A stretch of DNA of 64,000 nt from an uncultured Candidatus Peribacteria bacterium (GTDB lineage: Bacteria; Patescibacteriota; Gracilibacteria; Absconditabacterales; Absconditicoccaceae), in the NCBI GenBank assembly GCA_964463255.1, contig CAYXBC010000024.1:5587-69586 (forward strand), in the 5' to 3' direction. The notes under the pieces were generated by a model that had not been told where the DNA came from, did no database searches, and saw nothing but the letters and a program-made list of their open reading frames with translations. The translations under genes were made by a program, and so were the position numbers. Of the stretch, positions 12,291 to 24,065 are shown in pieces; within the stretch, counting starts at the first letter, position 1, and each line of letters starts with the position of its first letter.

Positions 12291-15200
12291 TTATTTCACG
12301 CTTCTCATCAGCATCAGCATCACATATCCTCTGAGTTCATTCATCGTCGGCATAGAGATATCGTTCATAATGCCGGTATGTTGGAGTGCTTGCAGGTGAG
12401 GGAGATAGTAGGGTGTCCCTCCATTATATACATTACCCCAAAGTGCTCTCGACAGTACGGTACCGAATTGCGCTCTCGTGACTTCCCCCTTGGGATCGAA
12501 ATTAGTCACCCCTACTCCCATGAGTCCAAGCTGACATGCTAATCTGCTATAGAATTTCATCTCTGTGCTCTCATTCTGCATGTCCATAAAATTACAGACC
12601 ATTCAGGTATTTGGCGTCTTACCTAACTGTTTGATGACGAAATTACTGATCATCTTGGCGAGATGATTCCTTTGGAGCGAGCCCGTCATATCTGCTTTTT
12701 CTATTGTAGTCATGGTGGTTATCCCGATATTGAATGCGTAGAGATAGGCCTGATTCAATTCGGTCGAAAAGGTGGACCGGGTTATCTTTCCTGTCTTCGC
12801 TCAGGAAAGGATAGTACCTGATGTCAGCATGCTTCCTGTCAGCGTACAGGCAAGCCCGATCTTTATCGATGTGCAATCCGCTCAGCTGAGCAGGATATAT
12901 TTTCAGCCTGTGCAGATCAGTTGTGTGGTAGTGCAACTCGGCGTCATGGCTCATCAACCGCCTCATCATCAATTACCTCAACCTCAACTAGTTATTGTTT
13001 CTTTAATACTTGCAAAATAGGAGAGATGATCCGTTCTGAAACCACATACCAGACTACTAGTTAATGTACAGCTTGCGTCAGGAGTATTTGCGGTCCATGT
13101 TGATCCATCGGATGACCTATAGAGTTTTATCGTATCTCCGCTAGCGCCTCACGCTACGACAAAATTTATCGTAAAGTATCATCCGCTTGCTATCAAGGAA
13201 TCTGTCGTTGCTCATGCTTGGATTGTCAGGAGGATGGTTCTTGTTGTCAATCATTCCGTCTGAGCTGGGATTCATGTTTCGGCGAAACCAGCATTTCCGG
13301 CATCTCATCAGCTCAAATTAGTAGGTGGATGTAATATACCATCCCGAGTCCCCCCTAATGTTTGGATAGCGAAGCCGCTCACATTAATCTGAAAATGATT
13401 ATTAGTATTTCATGTATTATTTATCGTCAGTGTTCAGGTCGTAGAAAATACTATCCCAGTGCCTCTAGCTCATCATACCTGTACTTCTCATGATACTACT
13501 GTCGTTCATAATACGTTTGATGCATCTATAACTTTTGGTGTGGTGAATGTTCAAGTAGTAGAGATATCACCTGTCAGTCCATTTATCATTGCATATACTT
13601 TATAAGCGTATGTCGCATTGTCCGACAATCCATTCAGGACTATATTGTGTCACGTAGTCAGCGTTCCTGTCTTGGTAGTATTCAGCGATGATGTGCCATA
13701 GAGTATATATCAGCTCGCGAGAATATCTGATGTAAAGGTTATCCTTACTGACGTTCCGCTTAGCACTTCTGCACTTATGCTTGCTACCAATGGCAATCTG
13801 GTGACTATGAATGTTCAGGTCCGTATATTGCCTGCGAGATCGGTACCAGAGATATTGATAGTATTTGTTCATCAGATCAATGCGACTCCTGTCTTGGACC
13901 GAGTTCCTGTACCTACCGCTTGCAGTCAATTTATATATATAGCAGCCACTCCATTTGCATCGCTCCCTGTTCATCCTATCGTAATCGTAGATCCTGTCGC
14001 TGTAGCCGGAGAGGTCACTGTGAATGACGGTCAGGTCCTATCGACTTTGACGGTAGATCACTCGGTGGTAGTGGTCACGCTCGCTCCGGTATTATTATTG
14101 AGATCTTGGTAGACTATGGAGAATACGAGTCCGGTCTCAGCCGTGGATCAGGTCACCAAAAATGTCGATTGCCGTCCGACTCATCATCAGGTATTTGTTC
14201 CCGTCAATCCATTGATGGTAACTATCACTCAGGTCAATGCTTCACTTCCGGTAAAGCTTAGGGTCACTAGCGTTCATGATTTTGCGTAGCTGGTAGTTCA
14301 TGTATTGTCCGAGCGAATATTCACCTGCAATAATTGTGGTCTAAGATCAAATGAGGTGAAGTGCGCTACATCTAGATATATCGGACAGGTGCTGGTGCAT
14401 ACTCATGTGCGGACTGCAGTGATTATATTATTTCCGGTACTTACTCCTCCACTTCCGTCTCTGACGGCAAAGCTTCACGAATTAATAGCAGAGAGAACTC
14501 ATGAAAAGTTTATTGGGAGATTCATCTGGAGTGTAGCATTTTTTCCGACGAATCCTGATCAAGGCGTGAATCGGATCTGTCATTGAGATATTCACAAGGA
14601 ACTTGGTAGTGTTCCAGAAAGAAAATTCTGTGTCCCGGTATCGGTTAGATCAAGCCCTGTAAAGAATGTTATCCTGCCGAGTTCGTCCGATCATGACATC
14701 TTTGCGAAATAGAGTCATGAGAAACTGCTTGCATTTCCTGTGGTGACGCTATGTAGATTATTGTGTATTCATTGTCAGGATAATAATACTCCTATCGCCG
14801 TGTATATCTGTGACCAATCGATTCATGTATAGGGTTGCGTATATCCGAGCGCCAGCAAGACATTTTGTGCATTGATTCTTTTGCCACTGACGGTTTTGCC
14901 AGCGAGGGATCCTATAGCATCTCCGCTATTGAGGATTACATTTTTGATTTGGGCATAGCTTAGATTTGGTCTAGCGCTCCATGCCAGACTGGCTAATCCT
15001 GCCACGTGAGGAGTTGCCATAGAAGTTCATTGGAGATCGCCATAAGGTTCAGTCGCAGTCGATGGAGAAGTGTATTTGGTAATCACGAGATTATCTACCA
15101 AACATCATGAATAATTATTGTCTCAGGTATCGCTGACCCAGGTAAATCTTATCTTAAAATTTGCCGTAGCATATTGTTTGGTGATATCATAGTTCATATT

Positions 15201-16703
15201 TCCTGAAGTTGCTCATCATATATTATTTCATGAATTCGTATCATTATCCAAATATGCTTCATCCCATCTATCAACGATATCGAAGTTGCTTCCATCCGAG
15301 CTTATCTCCAGTTGCATATAATCAACCCGGGCACCGGTATCATATTGTGTATCACATTGTGTCCAAAATGTTATATTCATTCAGCTCGTACTTGAAGCAT
15401 TACTACTCTTTTCCATTCTGCCGGTTACATTATTAGGATATGGATTCCTCATGTCTCCATACAATGCGTTCCCGTATGCAGGGATGCGTGAATCCAAGAC
15501 TCATCCATTAGCATTTGTTCATGCCTGACTCCATCAACTAGGGAGCGATCATGTAGCCGTACTGGTAAAGTTTTCTGAATACAGTGTCGTGGAATTTATG
15601 GTCGCCATTGTGCTATATATACTGACTCCTGGCGCTCATACATCTACTGATACCACTCAAGAATTTGAAAAACTAGCGAGCGCATCTGATTGATCACTAG
15701 CAGCTACGCAGATGATATTATCCAAGGTGTAACTACATGGATAGGTCGGTGTAGTATCATTATTTGCTCCGTCATTTCCTGCTGCTGCAATAAATAATCA
15801 ACCAGCAGATCTGAAACTATTTATAGCATCATACATGGCGGTGTCATAACTGCTTCCCCCGAAACTTGCATTGATAATCCTAGCTCAGTTATTTTTTGCG
15901 AAACTTATTCATTTTATAATTGCATCTGTTGATAACATACTATTTCCTACTCTGATAGCCATAATTTTCGCATGAGGGTTAATTCCTATTACACCCTTAT
16001 TGTTGTTGGCTTCAGCTGCTATAGTACCAGCCACATGTGTACCATGATACGATGCTACGGGATACGGATCTTTGTCGTCATCATAATAATCATATCCATG
16101 CATACATCCTCATAAGCTATTTCCATTCTCGTCCTTGCAACTAGATCCATCCCACAGATTGGCAGCTAGATCTGGATGATCATAGGCGACTCATGCATCG
16201 ATGACAGCGACTATCGTTCCTGTCGTATTCACATTTCCACTAAACATATCATATGCTTCATATCGATGTATCTTCGGTAATGCTCGTAGATTGCCCGAAT
16301 TGGTATCATTAAATGAAGTAGCCATCAAGGTATACATATAATTGGGCTGAGCATATTCGACACTCGGATCAGTTTGAAGCTCGGATAGTCTCTGATTGAA
16401 ATCCTGATTTTTATCTATTTTGAAAACTGCTATATTGTCGCTACTTATCTTATCTTTCACCTCCATCCCTCTATTTGTAGCAAAGGTGTTCATCGTCGAC
16501 ATCGCTGCAGATGATTTCATATTTATCTTCGTTGGTTTGAATTTTACGATAATCTCACCTGGGACATAATGTTGTCATTGCATGTCGGTCTTTTGTTTGG
16601 TAAGTCCGCTCATCTGTTTCGTTAATCACGTTTCCTGCGCTAATGTATATGCCGAACAAACGCTTATGAGCAAAAAAAATATTCCGTAAAAAAATTTCTT
16701 CAT
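12291..16703 (-). CDS. secreted subtilisin-family (S8) serine protease with Ig/FN3-like repeats and a C-terminal SLH-like anchor module (1470 aa)
   Basis: Signal peptide [18 protein letters not shown]. Catalytic motifs [26 protein letters not shown] and [11 protein letters not shown]. About 190 extra residues lie between the His and Ser motifs. I checked every codon of the frame across 12603-14823, 15021-15909, 16104-16190 and 16521-16625 and found only TGA, no TAA/TAG. The C-terminal module is shared with 46.5-47.1 kb and 47.4-48.0 kb. Confidence 0.85.
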
Positions 16704-16755
16704 ATCGGGCTGTATCAAAAAATAAATATGATTTTGAATATTCTTCTCTGTCTGA

Positions 16756-18654
16756 TTACATCCTTTCCAAAAATACCATGCCGATGAGTTCCATCGCCTG
16801 TTTGAGGGTATCACGAGTCTTTTTGAGAAGTGAGATTCTTGCATGTTTGAGTGCTTCATTCTCCACTAATATCTTGGCATGCGCATAATAACTATTGACC
16901 AACTGAGCGAGATCGAAACAATATTTTGCGATATAATGAGGAGCGAGATCTTCTTTGGCTTTCAGCACCAAATCATCGAATCCGCTGATCTTTTTAACCA
17001 ATGCGAATTCACTCTCCTCCTGGAGCAAATCATAGTCCACTGCTGGTGTATCGAATGCTCATGCGGCATCTATAATACTCTGCATCCTGGCTCCGGTATA
17101 GAGAATATATGCTCAGGTCTCCCCTTGCATATCCAATGCTTCGTCTAGATCAAAGACAATGTCTTTGGTGATATCTCCTCTGATGAGAAAAAATCTCAAT
17201 GCAGACACTGCCATCGCTTCGGCGACGTCATCCAATCGAGTATCAAGTTTTCCGGGATTTCTCTCTTTGGTCTCGAAATATGCTTTGGAATGTAACATCT
17301 GGAGCATCTCATCTATAGTCACGGTCCGTCATTTTCTGCTAGCGAAGGGCAGTCTTTTTTCTGTCGTTTCTTCTGGACTGAGGGTATATCAGAGCTTAAT
17401 TAATGTAGAAGGTGTCAGATAGACGACACCATAGCCAAGCGGAAGATAGCTCTTATGTTTCTGAGTATATTCCAATAAGGTGAATGCAGATTTGACGATG
17501 GTCTGTGCTGGTATCTGTCTATTGTCGATGACGGTGATTGCGGTGTCATAGTTTCAGAAATGATGTTTGGTCAATTTCTCCTCGGGATGGGCGTTTGTGG
17601 TGAAAATCGTCTCCCCTCTCGGGTCCTCAATTAGAATATCATAGCCAAAATCTTTGGAGAGATAGCCGAGTTTCCGTAATGCGAATGCGATATCTTTGGC
17701 GATATAGGTCGCTACACCGTCGGATTTGATCAGAATCTGGTATTGTTTCTCTTCTTTTGCATATTCGGGTAATGAGGAGAGATCCAGTACTCGACAACCT
17801 TTAGCATCGCCTTCCTCGACGAATTTTATGACGCCTTTGTCTCTGAGGAGATCTATCGCTTCTGCGAAGAATTTAATATGCAGGATATCCGTCTCCCATG
17901 CAACTGCATCGAAAAATGCATTCATCCTCCGACAGGTTCTGATCTGCTCAATAGCACATCTTCTGGTATAGTCGAAATGGAGTTTCTTGAGTTGTTCGTC
18001 CGTACCTTCCTCGATCTTGAGTAAGGTCTGGGACAGAAGCTGTTTGAATTTTGGGTCTTCATCCTGTTTCCTCATTTGTTCGTAGATCTTGCCACAATAG
18101 TGATCGTATTTTTTGTCGGTATCCAACGCATATCCGTAATAGAGATGTCCTACGATATTGTACCCGACATTGACTCCGCTATCGTCGCCGTAATTGAAGG
18201 CGTGCACGTCGTATCCGAGTCTCTCATGCATCCTGATGATGCTATCTCCTATACAGACATTCCTCGCTTGACCGATATGGAGCGGTTTATTGGGATTGGC
18301 ATTCATATATTCGACCAAGACTTTCGTCTTGGCATTTTGGAGTCCGGATTCTGGATTTTTGGTGTCGGGAGAAAAAAAATGTTCTATAAAAGTTTTCTTA
18401 TTGATATGGGCATTGAGATAGCCACCTATAGCCTCAAATTTGTCGAACTCCGGCGATATCATGGTCTGTGCCAATTCCTGCGCTATCATGGGCGGAGCTT
18501 TTTTGAGTTGCTTGGATAAGGTAAAACACGGGAATGCTAAATCACCCGGGATATTTTCCGGCGGGATCTCTACCATCGCCAGGATTTCCTTCACCTCGAG
18601 ACCGGTATGTTTAGCCAAGAGTTGGGCGAATTGTTCTTTATATCTTCCTATCAT
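16756..18654 (-). CDS. argS: arginyl-tRNA synthetase
   Basis: Pieces 17554..18654, 17113..17322 and 16756..17040 are in one frame across TGA, and the gaps were traced. PLHIGQARN class I signature region and a C-terminal DALR-like anticodon-binding region. TAA at 16756. Confidence 0.9.
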
Positions 18655-18760
18655 TATCTTTCGCTATACAATAAAACCATTGAGCAGCAATCATCGCTCC
18701 TCTACGGAATATACTATACAGTTGTAGATAGTTATCAAGGCAAAAAGAGGAAGACGAATT

Positions 18761-19117
18761 TCTAATTTTCAATTTCTAACCTTGCCTGCGGCAGGCAGGT
18801 TTCTAATGTAGGATTTGCTACAATGAACTATTGTATCTTACAATAGTGCATAAGTAGACACTACCTTCATCCATCATCCATCATCCATCATCCAAAATTA
18901 ATTATAGTCTAACATCCATCATTCAAAATTAATTAAGGTCCATCATCCAAAATTGAAAATTGATGGTTGAGAATTGAAAAATTGACTGTGGCAGACAGAT
19001 ATAGTAAAATAATCTAGTACTTTTTCCTAGACTGCTTCGTTCCCTTCCGAACAGGCAGGTAAACTCGCAATGACAGAGGTAATAATGAATTTAGAGAATT
19101 AAGAATTAGAAAATTAT
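18761..19117. repeat. composite intergenic repeat element, copy B
   Basis: Contains the ccttgcctgcggcaggcagg hairpin, the palindrome ctattgtatcttacaatag (18828-18846), (catc)n tracts and aattaaggtccatcatccaaaatt. Confidence 0.7.
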
Positions 19118-19121
19118 CTTT

Positions 19122-19913
19122 TTAGTATTCTCAGAGGATTTTGAAAAACACGGTATTTTCACGCAGCTGAGCTCTGGTTTCCTCATCGAGTCTTCCATCC
19201 AAATCTAGCCGGAAATAATAGGTGAATCAGCTTTTCTGGGTTGGGATGCTTTCAAGCTTTGTTATGTTTATATTATGATTTGCTAATATATTCAAGCATT
19301 TCAATAATGATCACGGTTTGTCTTGCATCTCAAATAGGACGGTTGTTTTGTTTTTTGGCAGGATAGGGACATCGATATGTTTTTTGGCAATCACAAAGAA
19401 TCTTGTCGTATTGTGGTCTTGATCCTGTATATGTGATTTTAGTACATTGAGATTATATATCTGCCCTGCCATCGCTGAAGCTATGCTTGCTATACCGGAT
19501 TCATCGCTTTGCGCCACGAACCTTGCCGACTGTGCAGTATCATTGTGTATCACTGGTTCTATATCATGTTCTTTCAAGAAATCCTGACATTGTGCCAGCG
19601 CTTGGATATGAGAATACGCTTTTTTGATCTTGGAAATATCTGTCTCTTTAGACAATAGACAATGGTTGACCTTAAGCTCCGTTTCTCAGATTATCTGGCA
19701 GTCATACTCCAAAAATTTCTTGAAGTTTTCGTGGATGGATCCCGCATAAGAATTTTCCATAGGAAGCACTCCTATACCATCTTCTGATATATTTTTCCAC
19801 ACGGTAGCGAAACTCTCTACTCATTCAATTTCCATATCCTGCATTTTGTCGGCTATCATCTGTGCGACTATAGATGAATATGCTCACAATATTCCTTGAT
19901 AATAGATTTTCAT
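19122..19913 (-). CDS. pheA: prephenate dehydratase (PDT plus ACT domain)
   Basis: MKIYYQGIL-G-AYSS N-terminus. ACT-like QDKP-G-SLLKCLNILANHNINITKLESIPT. All pieces are in one frame and the gaps were traced. TAA at 19122. Confidence 0.85.
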
Positions 19914-19951
19914 GTCATGTAGCTCAAAGGATAAAAATGGATTAAAAAAAA

Positions 19952-20078
19952 CCTCCGGAAAGATGGGAGGGGTTGTTGCTGTTTTTTGGTATATACTAAA
20001 CAACCCCTGTTATCTACAGAAGGCAAAAAAGTTCTTTACAGAGCGTTTAGTAATGCACATATCTATATATATTATCAT
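19952..20078 (-). promoter_or_regulatory. candidate Phe leader peptide plus terminator/antiterminator attenuator upstream of pheA
   Basis: Minus-strand mini-ORF 20078..20010, MIIYIDMCITKRSVKNFFAFCR-TAA. Next comes AACAGGGGTTGTT (20011-19999), which pairs with AACAACCCCT (19977-19968). That arm overlaps the terminator stem CCTCC/GGAGG (19970-19952), which is followed by T8, about 30 nt before the pheA ATG. Confidence 0.45.
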
Positions 20079-20223
20079 AAATCACTGAAGGAATGTCTAT
20101 AGAAACAGGAAATAAAATCAAGCAAAAATATTAATTTTCCTGGGGCATCTCTTATGAAGGTCGAAGAGTTTGTGGAATAAAAAAAATCCCTTGGCATGAT
20201 GTCAGAGATTTTTCTTAGAGAAA

Positions 20224-20643
20224 TTATTCTTCTGAGATAGGCGTCTGTCTCGACTGTTTGATTTTGCTCGTGTGTTTTTTGTCGGTGATGCGTTCTTCGC
20301 GTTGGGATGCTGGCAGGTTGGTAGCTATCCTCTCCTTTGGCTCTTCGAGTGCCTGGGTCAGGAGCTCTTTGAAATGATGGATAACTTTTTGTTTGTTCGC
20401 ATTTTGATAACGTTCTTCCTGACAGGTCATAATCAAAATTCCTTCCTCATGATGGACTCTATGCCCTCCAAGCTCGATAAGTCTCGCTTTCTGCTGGGGA
20501 GTGAGGTGCTCTGAATCGTGGATATTAAAATAGAGCTCCGCTTTGGTTTCCCTCTTATTTACATTCTGTCCCCCATGTCCTCCGCTCTTGGCAAAATGGA
20601 AATGCAGCTCGTGCTCTACTATATTCTTGATAATATCTTCCAT
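20224..20643 (-). CDS. arfB: ArfB-like peptidyl-tRNA hydrolase (class I release factor GGQ domain protein)
   Basis: 139 aa with SGGHGGQNVNK and a basic C-terminal tail. No internal TGA. Confidence 0.8.
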   Translation of the reverse strand: MEDIIKNIVEHELHFHFAKSGGHGGQNVNKRETKAELYFNIHDSEHLTPQQKARLIELGGHRVHHEEGILIMTCQEERYQNANKQKVIHHFKELLTQALEEPKERIATNLPASQREERITDKKHTSKIKQSRQTPISEE

Positions 20644-20715
20644 GGTTTGTTACTAATGATAAAAGGTGGAGAGTTGAGAGTGGAGAGTTGTCCCCTTCGA
20701 GAATAAGTGAATGTT

Positions 20716-20937
20716 TGATTCGCTAGAATGAACTATTGTAAGATACAATAGTGGATAATAAGACAAAACCTTCATCCAAAATTCATCATCCAAAATTCAA
20801 AATTAATTAAGGTCCCTGGTTCCCGGTCCCTAATTCCTGGTCCCTATTCCCTAGTTCCCGGTTCCCGGTATCTGGTCCCTGGTTCCTGGTTCCCGGTATC
20901 TGGTTCCTGGTTCCTAATTCCTGGTTCCTGGTCCCTG
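20716..20937. repeat. composite intergenic repeat element, copy C, fused to a GGWWCC tandem tract
   Basis: Palindrome ctattgtaagatacaatag (20733-20751), then aattaaggtcc, then about 125 bp of degenerate ggt(c/t)cc(c/t)gg units (20811-20937). Confidence 0.7.
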
Positions 20938-20940
20938 TCT

Positions 20941-21156
20941 TTATGCTTGTTTCCTATGTTTATTAATCCTTCCATTCTCGTAGGTATCGAGTTCACTAGA
21001 GATCTGGTTTTTGGCGAGGCGTTCTCCTTTGGCGGTAGGTTTTTTGGTTCCACTGATGGTACGGGAGAGATCTTCGATTCCCATCCGGAATGTGTTGCCT
21101 ATGGTATCTGCAAGATTTGTCTTACGCTTCTCTTCAAATTTCTTGAGATCGCTCAT
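20941..21156 (-). CDS. hypothetical small protein (71 aa)
   Basis: ORF with a TAA stop and no motif. Preferred over the overlapping repeat-encoded ORF 20844..21053. Confidence 0.4.
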   Translation of the reverse strand: MSDLKKFEEKRKTNLADTIGNTFRMGIEDLSRTISGTKKPTAKGERLAKNQISSELDTYENGRINKHRKQA

Positions 21157-21357
21157 ATCTACATGATTAAATAACTAAATAATGAACCAGATAAACGATG
21201 AAACGATGATGATTGTCGTTTTAGCATTTCCACGATTCATCATCTTTAAGTATATATACTTTCACCATAAAAAGCAATTTTTTTATTACATTTCTATTTG
21301 CTATTTTTGCTCGTATTTCTATACTACAAACAGTATTTTACTGTATTAGCGAAGTTG

Positions 21358-22554
21358 ATGACCAAAACAAAAACTATACTCAAGCGATGAATCATTACAT
21401 TCCTCGGATTGATGTGATGAGTCCTTTGAGCCAAAGTCACCTTGCAGCCATTATACTCCGATGTAAGATTTCAACCTGCCGACAAACTCAATGCCGGCTG
21501 TACCAATTCCGCAGATATCCTTTTTGCTCCTCAAGGGCAGAGTATCACAAGATTTAAAATCGTCCTCTATTATGATCCTGCTACCATAGAAATTCTCCGC
21601 ATCCTTCCTATCGAATGAATAGGCCAGATGAGCTCCAAGATAGAATACGATAAAATCATCCTGGAAGTAAAAAACCCTATCTTTGCCGACCTCAAAAAAG
21701 AGCAAAAATTCTTCCAGATTATCTTCAAAGGCAATAATGTTGGAAAAGAACTTATTACCTTAGGTACATGATCTGTAGTAGCGACCGCATCTACTACCAC
21801 TCCTCTCAGCGATATCTTCACCTTAAATTTCGCTCAAGTTCCTGAATGTGAACCTGATATTGTCCCTCCGAGCATTAACCTCATCTATCCCAAAGATACC
21901 CAACAAAGGATTGGATTAGATCAATATTTCATCTTCGACATCAAGGATATCGGCAAATGAGTCGACAAAAATAGTATCAGAGTAGATTTCGATAATGATC
22001 AATATTTCTATGGTTCCGATAGTCTCAAACGGAATGGAAATTATCTTACCTTCTCTCCGTCCAAACGGATACCGATAGATGCCAAAATGGATCTCAAGAT
22101 TTCCATGAATGACAAACAATCTTATGGATGATCCAATAAAGCACAGACCACCTATAGTTTCACATCAGCTACCTGAATGGTCCTCGAAAAAAACATCGGT
22201 CCACTCATGTACAGACAGATAGCCTTACAAGCCCAAAAGATAGTCGCATCTGCCGCGGAGTGTGCAGTGCTTGCTAATTTCTATAAGACATCAGATGCAT
22301 TTTATCAAAAAGATTTCAGATCTATCATCCAAAAAGTCTGATGTGATATTTCGAGCGTAGATACCTCGATGACTGCCCATGAACAGACGACCACTATCCC
22401 AAGCGATGGCAAACAACAGCAGCTAAGAAATCTTTCTGTTTTTGCAACCGTCGGCTGGATTCTCTTCTTCATATCATTTACCCTCAAAATGCATTATTTC
22501 CTTGCATATAAGAGACATAAGAACATTATTGACAAACGAAAGATGAATAGCTAA
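21358..22554 (+). CDS. hypothetical membrane-anchored protein (398 aa; N-terminal signal/TM, C-terminal TM)
   Basis: A continuous code-25 frame from ATG 21358 to TAA 22552 with 10 in-frame TGAs. N-terminus IITFLGLM-GG-VLGA. C-terminal TM LSVFATVGWILFFISF. The standard-code track shows only antisense fragments here. Confidence 0.7.
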
Positions 22555-22602
22555 TGTACCAACATCTTTCCGTCCCTTTATCTTTTCATACCCGTTGTTA
22601 GC

Positions 22603-23088
22603 ATGATACTAGAAATCGAAAGGAAATTCCTGATCAAAGATATTCCTATGGATATCGAACAATTCCCTCATCAGGCAATTATCCAATGATACCTTAACGA
22701 TCCCACAAGTGGCAAAAGCATCAGAGTGAGACATATCTGAGATGCTTATAAAGTGACGAGAAAAAAATGACATGGACTCGTCAGAGAAGAGATGGAAACT
22801 GATATTACAAAATCAGAATTCGACCAGCTCCGATTCCAGGTAGAGAATCATTTCATTGAAAAAATACGTTATGAACTACCCTATGAAGGACATATCATCT
22901 ATCTCGATGTTTATGATAATCTCCAAGGGCTCAAAACCGCTGAAGTAGAATTCGCTACCAAAAGGGATGCCAAAAAATTCGTAGCTCCCCAATGGTTCGG
23001 TGAAGAGCTTACCAGAATGAGAGAAGCGACGAATGCCTACATAGCCAACCATGGATTGTCTGATGATCTCATTGCATTGTTACACTAA
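22603..23088 (+). CDS. CYTH domain protein (triphosphate tunnel metalloenzyme)
   Basis: MILEIERKFL (ExExK signature). Three in-frame TGAs join it to ORF 22792..23088. Confidence 0.75.
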
Positions 23089-23129
23089 TCATAGCCATGA
23101 TTACTCACTTTATCGTCTAGTCATGTATC

Positions 23130-24053
23130 ATGAAAACCACCCTTAATTTCTGAAATATAGATCGGATCCATCTTTTTGAACCTCAGCAAGATGAAATCAA
23201 TGAGATTGTACAGAAATATGACCTTCATGAATTGATTGAAGAGGACCTTTTCGAACTTACGAATCAAGAAAAAATCGATGTCTATGAGGACTATATGTTT
23301 GTCGTCGTCAATTTCCCAAAATACAATGCAGAGAGTAAAAAATATTTTCTGAATGAATTTAGTATAGTGCTGGGCAAAAACATCATCATCAGCATGACGA
23401 AATTTGATACCAACCATATCACCCATATCATTGATGAATATTCAGAAGAGCTTAAGACTAGAGAATCGGATGAAGATTTCAAAATTTCCCCTTATTATAT
23501 CCTCTATAAAATTTTGGATACGATGTACGATAAAAGTATCAAGATGCTTACTCAGTCAGCCAAGGATGCCGTAAATCTGGAAGAACAGCTCTTTAGCTCA
23601 AAAAAACTGGAAAAACTCTTGCTCGAAAACCTTACCATCAAGAAACGCAATATTGTATCGCTCAAACATATCTTCACTCCTCACCAAGAAATCTTGGAAG
23701 AATTACAAAAGGCGTTGCCTAAGTTCTATAAAGAGGATCTCGATGTCTATTTTGAGGATCTGACTTATAAAGTCGAAAAGATTATGAATACTATCGCCAT
23801 CAGTTTTGAAAATATCGAATCTCTTGCAGACACCTACAACTCTCTCATGAATATCAAAACCAATTCCATGATTGGCGTACTCACTATCTTTACGGCACTT
23901 ACCTGAGTGCTTACCTTGATCAGCGGAATCTATGGTATGAATATCACACTTCCTGGACAGGAAAAACCTTATTTCTTCCTTACTCTGGTAGGAATCATGG
24001 TCTTGGTTTGTATTATTTTGCTTTTGATTTTCAGAAGAAAAAGACGGATCTAA
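23130..24053 (+). CDS. corA: CorA family magnesium transporter
   Basis: ATG 23130 in frame with ORF 23232..23906. TALT-G-VLTLISGIYGMN with the GMN motif and two C-terminal TMs. TAA at 24051. Confidence 0.9.
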
Positions 24054-24065
24054 GAAAAAAATAAA

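Noticed and set aside
12643-14586. ORF-track ORFs 12643..12972(-), 12772..13020(+), 13600..13974(-), 13777..14112(+) and 14305..14586(+).
   Set aside because: They are off-frame or antisense shadows inside the S8 protease gene. The true frame was traced codon by codon, and it is invisible to the track only because TGA occurs every 10 to 50 codons. The shadow ORFs have odd, low-complexity compositions.
16626-16859. 77-aa ORF bridging the S8 protease start and the argS 3' end.
   Set aside because: Only its last 25 codons (MKKFFYG..., from 16703) are real, as the protease signal peptide. The upstream part overlaps the argS C-terminus in another frame.
19914-20223. A T-box riboswitch in the pheA leader (also considered upstream of tyrS and argS).
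   Set aside because: I could not find the conserved T-box sequence (AANNNGGGTGGNACCGCG-like), a specifier loop or a stem I architecture. The leader fits a short peptide attenuator better.
20844-21053. 69-aa ORF encoding QEPGTR-type repeats.
   Set aside because: It is generated by reading through the GGWWCC tandem repeat tract. It overlaps the more plausible 20941..21156 ORF and has no start context.
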